This document shows, one piece after another, positions 9,727 to 17,488 of a stretch of 64,000 bases of DNA. The position numbers and the translations under genes were made by a program. Every line of letters begins with the position of its first letter. The stretch's first letter is position 1. This DNA is from Candidatus Woesearchaeota archaeon (lineage in GTDB: Archaea; Nanobdellota; Nanobdellia; Woesearchaeales; WAPJ01): positions 5,464-69,463 of the forward strand of contig JBLKOQ010000002.1 in NCBI GenBank assembly GCA_047602885.1. The letters run 5' to 3'. The notes beneath the pieces are model-generated. The model searched no databases. It had not been told where the DNA came from and saw nothing but the letters and a program-made list of their open reading frames with translations.

Positions 9727-10317
9727 TTAGTTGTTCTTCTTGGCCCTGTGCCTGCCTCTCATGGACATTTTATTAAGCCTTTCTGTGAACAACTCTTTTT
9801 CTTTAGGTTCTAGCAATGACAAGTACTCTTTAATTAGAGCATCAGAATAGCCTTCTATCATTATGAAAGTCTCTCTAGTCATCCACAGGTCATTAGCCTT
9901 GTCTTCTATCCTGTGGCTTGACATTGACAGTCCATAGTCTATAATCCGTGTTTTATCATTGCCTATTATTATGTTTCTTGGTGTAATGTCTCCGTGCACA
10001 ATGTTCTTTTTGTGCATTTCTCTTATAATTAGTGCGATGCCCCTTGCAGATTCTTTTATGCTTATCCTGTTCCATGCTTTGCTTAGAGGCTCTCCCATAA
10101 TCCTTTCTGTAGTAATAGAATATTTTGTTGAGTCCAATAGTCTTGGGATTCCTTTTATTCCTTCCAGTCTTCTTATTATTGCAGCTTCATTCCTTGTTCT
10201 TTTCTTCCTAATATTATCGTCTAATGTCTCGTTTCTATATCGTTTAGGAAGCCTCTCTTTTATTACTGCATTATCGGTTATAGTGACTCTTGCTTCAGCG
10301 CCTATTATTATTGTCAT
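9727..10317 (-). CDS. Bud32/KEOPS-type small protein kinase
   Basis: IGAEARV...HGDITPRNIII...IDYGLS. Track ORF extended over tRNA-Ser; start trimmed to M42. Confidence 0.65.
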   Translation of the reverse strand: MTIIIGAEARVTITDNAVIKERLPKRYRNETLDDNIRKKRTRNEAAIIRRLEGIKGIPRLLDSTKYSITTERIMGEPLSKAWNRISIKESARGIALIIREMHKKNIVHGDITPRNIIIGNDKTRIIDYGLSMSSHRIEDKANDLWMTRETFIMIEGYSDALIKEYLSLLEPKEKELFTERLNKMSMRGRHRAKKNN

Positions 10318-10355
10318 AAGATTCAGAATGTATGTTGCTTTTTTTATTTTTTCTA

Positions 10356-10438
10356 CGCCGAGGCTGGGATTTGAACCCAGAATCCCATAAGGGACAAGCT
10401 TTCCAGGCTTGCGCAATACCAGGTTATGCGACCTCGGC
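10356..10438 (-). tRNA. tRNA-Ser (anticodon GGA), long variable arm
   Basis: Anticodon stem CAAGC/GCTTG, loop CTGGAAA, variable arm TCCCTTATGGGA. Confidence 0.8.
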
Positions 10439-10441
10439 ACA

Positions 10442-10565
10442 TGCCGGCGACGGGATCTGAACCCGCGACCTCCAGATTACCAAGAGTTCAGTCATCACTA
10501 CGATAGTAGTTCCTCACTCATTCTCTTATGAGTCTGGCGCTCTAACCAGGCTGAGCTACGCCGGC
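10442..10565 (-). tRNA. tRNA-Met or tRNA-Ile2 (anticodon CAT) with ~49-nt intron in the anticodon loop
   Basis: Exons: GCCGGCGTAGCTCAGCCTGGTTAGAGCGCCAGACTCATA ... TCTGGAGGTCGCGGGTTCAGATCCCGTCGCCGGCA. Not an initiator (no triple G-C in anticodon stem). Confidence 0.7.
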
Positions 10566-10629
10566 TTATAGTATTAAGACGATACCTTTCTTTTATAAAA
10601 CTATTCCAGACGATGATGTTAACACGTGA

Positions 10630-11043
10630 TTATCTTATCCTTTCTTTTATCCTATTTTTGTATTGTTCCATCTCTTCATTGGTAGGATATGGGTTTCCTG
10701 ACCAGTGCTCAAAACCGTCCCCTTCTATTCTTGGTATTATATGGCAGTGTACGTGAAATACTGCTTGTCCTGCCGGCTTGCCAGTATTGAATATTAGGTT
10801 GTATCCTTCGCATCCTGTACTCTCCTGTACGGCTCTTCCTATCTTTTTTATTATGTTCATATAGCTTGCATTGAAGCTGTCTGGAAGCTCGTTGATATTA
10901 GCATAATGTTTTTTTGGTATAACCAGCGTGTGGCCTTTGTTTACTGGATTAATGTCAAGGAATGCTATGTATTCCCTGTCCTCATATATTATTGCACTAG
11001 GAATTTCTTTTGCTATTATCTTGCAGAATATGCAGTCTTTCAT
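10630..11043 (-). CDS. HIT-family hydrolase
   Basis: HVHCHIIP histidine triad. Confidence 0.8.
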   Translation of the reverse strand: MKDCIFCKIIAKEIPSAIIYEDREYIAFLDINPVNKGHTLVIPKKHYANINELPDSFNASYMNIIKKIGRAVQESTGCEGYNLIFNTGKPAGQAVFHVHCHIIPRIEGDGFEHWSGNPYPTNEEMEQYKNRIKERIR

Positions 11044-11267
11044 AATACCACCCTAATCATATTATATCATTATCTTTATAAATGGTTCTATTTCACCAAG
11101 CAGGTTACGAAACACATATAAGTACTTGTAACTCACTAGTGATGACATATGGATGATGAGAGTGAAGGCCATGAAAAGGATAAGCATATTGAGATACTAT
11201 TGTGCCGACCACTTAATAGTCCATGCTATGCTATTGGTTCATGATACTGTCCTTATAGGGTGGTCTC

Positions 11268-12434
11268 ATGAATAGACGAGATTTTCTTATAAAGTCAGGA
11301 AAGGCTTTGATTGCTCTTAGCATGGGCAGAGCGCTTTCCAGTCCTCATAGCAGCCTTTTTACTTGGCCTGACCAGGATGAAGTTGCAGGTACATTATATG
11401 GGCCTAGCAGAAAACCACCAACTATTGAGGATATTGTTAATGGGGGCAGCGAGTCCCGAAGAGAGCTTATGGATAAGCTGACAGACGGCCCTACCCTAAT
11501 GAGACACGCTACTAATCTTCGTGCTAATTATATCAGAGCGCATGCTGATTATATTAATGAGGAAAGAGAAAAGAATCCTGGCAAATGGCTTCCCCAATAC
11601 AATATTCTGCAAGGGGACATTGATGAGATAGACCTCACTCTCGAAAGGCTTGACAGAATGGGATTGACTGACTTTATGAAAGGAACAAGCATTAAGACTG
11701 CTATCGACCCCGACTTCTATCTCGCTAAGATTAGCACTGAAAGTGTAGGAGACCCTTATGCTTTGTCTCACGCTGGAGCTATAGGAATATCACAAATGCT
11801 TGCAGGCACGTATAATGATATGAGAAGGCATACTAATGGTATGATAAGGAATATTCGTGAGCAGTATCCTCAAGAGACTCTTGACTATCTATTGGAAAGG
11901 CCGTTAAGAGACTTATTGCTTGTTGATTCTAAAATGCTAGAATCTATGGGTGTGCCGATGGACTATGATAAGAGGTACATTAAAGATGTGAAGGAATATG
12001 TCGATATATGGATGCCATATTCAATTATTGCTATGAAAGAATATGGAGCTTTTCCAGGTGGCAGCATGCATCCTTATGACGCGCTAGTAAACCCTTCTGT
12101 AGGTCTTGAGGCTGGAGCTCTTACAGCGCTTAACTTCTGGCTTACTACATACAGTGCTACTAAGGACAGGAATCTTGTAATATCATCTTATGATCCTGGG
12201 CATGCTCTAGCCAGGCCTTCTTTCCCACTAGTTCCTCAAGCTCCCGCGTCAGCGTATATTAGGGGGCAGAATGGCGCTAGCAATACTATGAGCAGGATTG
12301 TAGAGAATGCTGTTGAGCCTTATACTATACTTGAAGGCATGAAACTCTTTGATGATGAGAATACTTTTAGCGGGAATTTATATTCTTCTGAGCTTATGAG
12401 AAAGACCGAATATTTAAAAAGAGTCCAGTCCTGA
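11268..12434 (+). CDS. Tat-signal secreted protein with lytic transglycosylase (SLT)-like catalytic motif
   Basis: N-terminal NRRDFLIKSG twin-arginine motif; ISTESVGDPYALSHAGAIGISQM matches SLT consensus ES...GLMQ. Confidence 0.5.
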   Translation: MNRRDFLIKSGKALIALSMGRALSSPHSSLFTWPDQDEVAGTLYGPSRKPPTIEDIVNGGSESRRELMDKLTDGPTLMRHATNLRANYIRAHADYINEEREKNPGKWLPQYNILQGDIDEIDLTLERLDRMGLTDFMKGTSIKTAIDPDFYLAKISTESVGDPYALSHAGAIGISQMLAGTYNDMRRHTNGMIRNIREQYPQETLDYLLERPLRDLLLVDSKMLESMGVPMDYDKRYIKDVKEYVDIWMPYSIIAMKEYGAFPGGSMHPYDALVNPSVGLEAGALTALNFWLTTYSATKDRNLVISSYDPGHALARPSFPLVPQAPASAYIRGQNGASNTMSRIVENAVEPYTILEGMKLFDDENTFSGNLYSSELMRKTEYLKRVQS

Positions 12435-12446
12435 CTATTTTATTGT

Positions 12447-12520
12447 GGGCTGGTAGTTCAATCCGGTAGAACGCGCCGCTGGCAGCGGTGAGGCTCCGGG
12501 TTCAAATCCCGGCCAGTCCA
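12447..12520 (+). tRNA. tRNA-Ala (anticodon GGC)
   Basis: G3-U70 pair, anticodon loop CTGGCAG, T-loop TTCAAAT. Confidence 0.85.
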
Positions 12521-12674
12521 TATTATTCTATTATAATAAGATTTGAACGAAGTTGCTCGGAGCATACTGCTTCGGATTTTCGATTCTTTGCATCATACAA
12601 AAAATATATAAAACAATGCCACTTAGGATTATCAATAATACGAGTTAGCATTATTATTGTTGGAGGTTATGATT

Positions 12675-13253
12675 ATGCCTGCGAAAAAAAAGACTATGGC
12701 TAAGAAGAGCGCTGTAAAGAAAACGCCTGTTAAGACTAAGAAGACTGCCAGTGCTAAAAGCAGTGTTAAGAAGAGCCCTGCTAAAGGAACTGCTGCGTCC
12801 AGACCAACTGCTAAGAGAAGCGGTGTCAGAAAAGTTAAGAAGGTTAATAAGAGCAGAGCTGTTAAGGCTCCTGTAAATAAGCAAGAAACAAAAGATAGCA
12901 TTCCACTACATACTCCTAAAAAGCATAGGGTTAGTGATGATGAACTAGGATTAAGACTGCTTGCAGCTCTTAGTTATTGCTTGTTCCTAATACTAATACC
13001 TTTGTTTGCTAAGAGAGAGAATGTATTTGTCAACTGGCATATTAGGCAGGGCATGATAATGCTAATAGTCACTGCGCTAATTATTGTTGCTATACCTTTC
13101 ATTAGCGTACTGCCTGTGATAGGCCCTCTGATAGTGTATGGCTTATTGTTCTTGTGGATGGCACTATTCATATGGGCTATAGTAAGCACTCTGCTAGGCC
13201 ACCAATGGAAGTTCCCATTACTGGGCAATATGGTGAGTAAGACTAAGCTATAA
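12675..13253 (+). CDS. membrane protein: Lys/Ala-rich basic N-terminal tail plus DUF4870-like C-terminal TM domain
   Basis: About 90 aa AKKxxVKK low-complexity region, then LAALSYC...FAKRENVFVNWHIRQG and 3 TM helices. ATG follows a GGAGGT. Confidence 0.45.
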   Translation: MPAKKKTMAKKSAVKKTPVKTKKTASAKSSVKKSPAKGTAASRPTAKRSGVRKVKKVNKSRAVKAPVNKQETKDSIPLHTPKKHRVSDDELGLRLLAALSYCLFLILIPLFAKRENVFVNWHIRQGMIMLIVTALIIVAIPFISVLPVIGPLIVYGLLFLWMALFIWAIVSTLLGHQWKFPLLGNMVSKTKL

Positions 13254-13293
13254 TAACAATATGCTTTATAAGTAATGGCTTATTACATTGATT

Positions 13294-13629
13294 ATGGCTT
13301 TTGAACCTATAGTAGAGTCTGACAATAATGATATAGCATTAAAGGTAAAGGATGCTTTGATGATGGTAGAGGATCCTGAACTTCATATTGATGTATGGAC
13401 TTTAGAGCTGATAAGAAAAGTGGTTATAGAAAAGAATAATGTTAATGTTATCATGACTTTGACTACTCCTTTCTGCCCTTATGGTCCTAGCCTCATAGAA
13501 GAGATTAAGAATAGCATACTCGTAATAGACAGTGTAGTAAATGTTGATATCAATCTTACTTTTGATGAGCCTTGGAAGCCTTCAGACGATCTCAAGTCTT
13601 ATCTTGGGATACCATCTTATGATGAGTGA
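13294..13629 (+). CDS. DUF59/MIP18-family Fe-S cluster assembly protein (SufT-like)
   Basis: VEDPEL...VIMTLTTPFCPY. Confidence 0.6.
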   Translation: MAFEPIVESDNNDIALKVKDALMMVEDPELHIDVWTLELIRKVVIEKNNVNVIMTLTTPFCPYGPSLIEEIKNSILVIDSVVNVDINLTFDEPWKPSDDLKSYLGIPSYDE

Positions 13630-13634
13630 TTATT

Positions 13635-15305
13635 ATGGATATTAGAGTAAAAGCGTATAACGAAGCATTATACAGCGCATTAAAGTCTAAAGGCAGTGTA
13701 CCGACTAATCGTTTATTGGGGATAATGCTAAAAGAACATCCCGAACTAAAGGATGATATTGCAGGATTAAAAGATATAATTGTAGAGGTATGCAATCAGA
13801 TTAATAACATGTCTGCAGAAGAAGTTTCTAAAGAGGCTGAAGAGAAGGGCATAGTATATGAAGAGAAGCCAAGAGAACGCAAGGGACTAATAGAACTCAA
13901 TATCAATAATGGTTTTAGGACAAGGCTTCCTCCCGAGCCATCCAAGCACTTGCATGTAGGCCATGCTATAGGATTCATGCTAAGCGCATTATATGCAGAA
14001 AAGTATAATGGAAAAATAGTTCTTAGGATAGAGGATACTAATCCCCAGCTTGCAAGACAGGAATATGTAGACAGTATCCTTGATGATATCAATAATTATC
14101 TTGGAATTGGTATTGATAATACTAATTATGCTTCAGACCATATGGAATACTATTATGATAATGCAAGACAACTAATAAGCAATGGGAATGCATACGCATG
14201 CAATTGCAGCAGGGAAGATATGGCTATGATGAGGAATAATGCTACTGAGTGCAAGTGTAGGAATAATACTATAGAAAAAAATACTATAGCTTTTGATGAA
14301 ATGATTGCTGGAAAACATGAGCCTGGCACTATTGTATTAAGGCTTAAAGGAGACATGCAGAGCAAGAACATGGTCATGCGAGACCCAGTATTGTTTAGGA
14401 TTATTAAAGAGCCTCATTATAGGCATGCTACAAAATATAATGTCTGGCCAGTATATGATTATGAGAACAGTCTCATGGACTCTTACGAAGAAATAACCCA
14501 TATTCTTAGGAGCAACGAGTTTGGTGACATGAGAATAGAACTCCAAAACCATATTAGAGAATTGCTTAATATGAGACAGCCAGAGTCCATACAGTACGGC
14601 AGGTTCTCTGTAGAAGGAGCAACTACTAAGGGTAGAGAGATTAGAGAATCGATATCTAAAGGATTGTATAGCGGCTGGGATGATCCTAGACTTTATACTC
14701 TAAAGGCTCTTAGGAGGAAAGGCATTACTCCTATGGCTATAAGAGAGATTGCTTTGGAAGCAGGCCTCAGCCCTACTCCTACTATTATTGACAAGAAGAT
14801 GATAGCAACGTTCAACAGGCGTATTATAGACTATTCTTCAGATCGGTTTTCTTTCGTATACGATCCTATCAGGATTATTGTAAATGGTCTTGTAAAGAAT
14901 TCTGAGCTTCCATTGCATCCTAAAGACGATGATAGAGGCATGAGAATACTAAGAGTTAACGAAAAGCTATTTATTAGGAAAGAGGATCATAATAATGGTT
15001 ATATCAGGCTAGCTGACCTTGCCAATATTACTATAAAAGATAATGAAGTATTAATTGACAGTTACAGCATAGATGATTATAGGAATAATAATGGTAAGAA
15101 TATTATTAATTGGCTTCCTGACGATAATAAACAGTTGATGAGATGCATGGTATTAATGGATGATGCTACAATAATTGAAGGACTCGTAGAAAAAAATATT
15201 ATGTCTAAGAATGTTGGTGACATGGTACAATTGGAACGTTTTGGCTTTTGCAGGATAGAATCGTTGCATGATGATGAAGCAAGGCTCATATTTGCGCATA
15301 AATAG
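13635..15305 (+). CDS. gltX: glutamyl-tRNA synthetase (archaeal GlxRS type)
   Basis: HLHVGHA (HIGH) class-I motif; archaeal-type C-terminal anticodon-binding domain. Confidence 0.85.
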   Translation: MDIRVKAYNEALYSALKSKGSVPTNRLLGIMLKEHPELKDDIAGLKDIIVEVCNQINNMSAEEVSKEAEEKGIVYEEKPRERKGLIELNINNGFRTRLPPEPSKHLHVGHAIGFMLSALYAEKYNGKIVLRIEDTNPQLARQEYVDSILDDINNYLGIGIDNTNYASDHMEYYYDNARQLISNGNAYACNCSREDMAMMRNNATECKCRNNTIEKNTIAFDEMIAGKHEPGTIVLRLKGDMQSKNMVMRDPVLFRIIKEPHYRHATKYNVWPVYDYENSLMDSYEEITHILRSNEFGDMRIELQNHIRELLNMRQPESIQYGRFSVEGATTKGREIRESISKGLYSGWDDPRLYTLKALRRKGITPMAIREIALEAGLSPTPTIIDKKMIATFNRRIIDYSSDRFSFVYDPIRIIVNGLVKNSELPLHPKDDDRGMRILRVNEKLFIRKEDHNNGYIRLADLANITIKDNEVLIDSYSIDDYRNNNGKNIINWLPDDNKQLMRCMVLMDDATIIEGLVEKNIMSKNVGDMVQLERFGFCRIESLHDDEARLIFAHK

Positions 15306-15320
15306 TAGGAGGTAATATTA

Positions 15321-15500
15321 ATGCAATTAGTGGTTAAAACAAAAATTAAGGATTATATTGATGAGGCTGCAGGCGAGAGGATGAGCGTATCCACAGACTT
15401 TTCTGACGCTCTAAATGAGAGGGTATTATTGTTGGTGCAGCAGGCTATTAAGCGTGCCAAAGGTAACGGACGAAAAACTGTAATGGCTAAAGACATATAG
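15321..15500 (+). CDS. short histone-fold protein (59 aa; alpha1-L1-alpha2-L2, lacks most of alpha3); not in ORF track
   Basis: Aligns to archaeal histone HMfB: ...AGERMSVSTDFSDALNERVLLLVQQAIKRAKGNGRKTVMAKDI versus [46 protein letters not shown]. Strong SD TAGGAGGT upstream. Confidence 0.55.
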   Translation: MQLVVKTKIKDYIDEAAGERMSVSTDFSDALNERVLLLVQQAIKRAKGNGRKTVMAKDI

Positions 15501-15505
15501 GTGGG

Positions 15506-16012
15506 ATGATGGACAAGAAAGAACTGTTAGTAGAATTAAAAGCTTCTTATGATAAAATAATTAGTGAGCATGGATTGCAGGTATCTTATGAAGAGTACGA
15601 GTCATTGTACGGATTGCAGGATGCTATACTAAAAGAAGGTTACATGCCATATAATCTCACATTATACATTAGTTGGAGGGCCTCAGAATACTTGTATTCA
15701 TGGTACAACTACTTCCATAATATACTAATGCCGCAACCTTCAAGCATACTCCACATGGAAGAATCATCATATGTAAGTGAAGAACACAAGATTGTTTTAA
15801 GGACTGAGATGAGAAAGATTATGGCTGTAGCAAGGAAAGTAAATATTGCTTTAGCGCTAAAAGATAATAGGATGGCAGCAGATGCCATTAACGAGCTTAC
15901 ATTATTGTGGAAAGAGTCTACTAAAGAAATCGCGTTATCAACTCTTAACATGGTTAAGGACGGCTGGTCTAGTGTAGAAGAAGATGATACTCATGCTAGT
16001 TATTCATATTGA
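15506..16012 (+). CDS. hypothetical protein
   Basis: ORF immediately downstream of the histone-fold gene; no motif recognised. Confidence 0.4.
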   Translation: MMDKKELLVELKASYDKIISEHGLQVSYEEYESLYGLQDAILKEGYMPYNLTLYISWRASEYLYSWYNYFHNILMPQPSSILHMEESSYVSEEHKIVLRTEMRKIMAVARKVNIALALKDNRMAADAINELTLLWKESTKEIALSTLNMVKDGWSSVEEDDTHASYSY

Positions 16013-16059
16013 TGCATTACGATACATTTAAGAATAGGTCCTATAATCTTTTCTTTGCC

Positions 16060-16120
16060 TATGACTGATGAGAGCTTTTATGCTCGAATGAGGCCTGGAT
16101 TATTCTCTAGGCTGATAGTA
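16060..16120 (+). promoter_or_regulatory. box C/D-like (K-turn-forming) element in the L7Ae 5' leader
   Basis: CTGATGAG (16065-16072) and CTGA (16112-16115) about 45 nt apart, directly upstream of the L7Ae ATG at 16141. Confidence 0.3.
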
Positions 16121-16140
16121 ACGGCGGAGGTTTTGGCAGA

Positions 16141-16455
16141 ATGGCTAATGAAGAACAAGCACTGGAAATTGTAGAACTTGCAAGAAAGACAGGTAAGATT
16201 AAGAAAGGAACTAATGAGGCTACTAAAGCACTCGAGAGGAGCACTGCTCTACTTGTAGTATATGCTAGTGATGCTTCTCCTAAAGAGATTATAATGCACT
16301 TGCCCATACTGGCTAAAGAGAAGGGCATAGCATGCGTAGAAGTCCCTACCAAAGCAGAATTGGGCGCTGCAGCTGGACTAGAGGTTGCTACTGCTGCAAT
16401 AGCAGTACTTGATGCTGGCGAGGCAAAAGATATGATAGCCAAGCTGGAAGAATAG
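16141..16455 (+). CDS. rpl7ae: 50S ribosomal protein L7Ae
   Basis: [23 protein letters not shown]... Confidence 0.9.
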   Translation: MANEEQALEIVELARKTGKIKKGTNEATKALERSTALLVVYASDASPKEIIMHLPILAKEKGIACVEVPTKAELGAAAGLEVATAAIAVLDAGEAKDMIAKLEE

Positions 16456-16465
16456 GTGTTACGTC

Positions 16466-16744
16466 ATGGCAGAACAGAGGACACAAAGAAAGGATAGGGA
16501 TTCACAGTCCCAGCAAAGATCAGGAGTACAATTTACTGACGCTGTACCTGCACGAGTAGAAGAAGTAGTAGGAAGGACAGGCACCAGAGGAGAAGCTACA
16601 CAGGTTAGATGCAAGGTACTTGCAGGAAGGGACCAGAATAAGATATTACGAAGGAATGTCAAAGGCCCTGTAAGGGTAGGGGACATACTAATGCTTAGAG
16701 AAACAGAAATTGAGGCCAGGCAGCTAAGCACTGGCAGGAGATAG
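16466..16744 (+). CDS. rps28e: 30S ribosomal protein S28e
   Basis: [22 protein letters not shown]...[24 protein letters not shown]. Confidence 0.9.
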   Translation: MAEQRTQRKDRDSQSQQRSGVQFTDAVPARVEEVVGRTGTRGEATQVRCKVLAGRDQNKILRRNVKGPVRVGDILMLRETEIEARQLSTGRR

Positions 16745-16755
16745 GGGTGCAGATT

Positions 16756-16953
16756 ATGAAATGCTCATTTTCAGGAGAGGAAATCCCCAGGGGTACTGGC
16801 ATAATGTATATTAGCAAAACCGGTAGAGTATACTATTTTAAGAATAGGAAGGCCGAAAAGAATTTCTTGGAACTAAAAAGGAAGCCTAGAAATACGGGTT
16901 GGACTGAAGAGTATCATGCCGAAAAAACTAAGGCTAAGAGTACAAAGAAGTGA
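16756..16953 (+). CDS. rpl24e: 50S ribosomal protein L24e
   Basis: MKCSFSGEEIPRGTGIMYI...KPRNTGWT. Confidence 0.85.
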   Translation: MKCSFSGEEIPRGTGIMYISKTGRVYYFKNRKAEKNFLELKRKPRNTGWTEEYHAEKTKAKSTKK

Positions 16954-16958
16954 TGAAT

Positions 16959-17459
16959 ATGATACAAAGAACATTGGTAGTATTAAAGCCAGACGCTGTT
17001 AGAAGAGGTATTATAGGAGAAATCATAACAAGGTTTGAGCGTGCAGGACTAAAGATGGTTGGATGCAAAATGCTATTGCCTACAGAAGACCATTATCATC
17101 ACCATTATGAGAATATTGGTAAGATGATTTCTAGAAGAGGCAATAAGGCTTTTGAGGTCACATTGGCCATGATGAAAAAAGGCCCTGTTATCGCCATGGT
17201 CTTAGAAGGTGTAGAAGCAGTATCATTGGTAAGAAAGATGGCAGGAACCACCGAGCCTAAGGCAGCGCCTCCAGGTACTATTAGGGGAGACTATGCGCAT
17301 ATGAGTTTTGCGTATGCCGATTCTAGGGACATGGGAGTTCCTAATATCATACACGCTTCTGGAGATGAAAAAGAGGCTGTGGAAGAAATAAAACATTGGT
17401 TTGAAGAAAAAGAATTGTTTAGTTATAAGTCGGTTCATGACTTGCATGAAATGGAATGA
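16959..17459 (+). CDS. ndk: nucleoside diphosphate kinase
   Basis: RTLVVLKPD...NIIHASGD. Confidence 0.85.
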   Translation: MIQRTLVVLKPDAVRRGIIGEIITRFERAGLKMVGCKMLLPTEDHYHHHYENIGKMISRRGNKAFEVTLAMMKKGPVIAMVLEGVEAVSLVRKMAGTTEPKAAPPGTIRGDYAHMSFAYADSRDMGVPNIIHASGDEKEAVEEIKHWFEEKELFSYKSVHDLHEME

Positions 17460-17488
17460 ACGTATGATAAAAATTGGTGAATAATAGC

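Noticed and set aside
12521-12674. Possible hairpin (GAAGTTGCTCGGAGCATACTGCTTCGG) after tRNA-Ala
   Set aside because: Base pairing is weak or incomplete on inspection.
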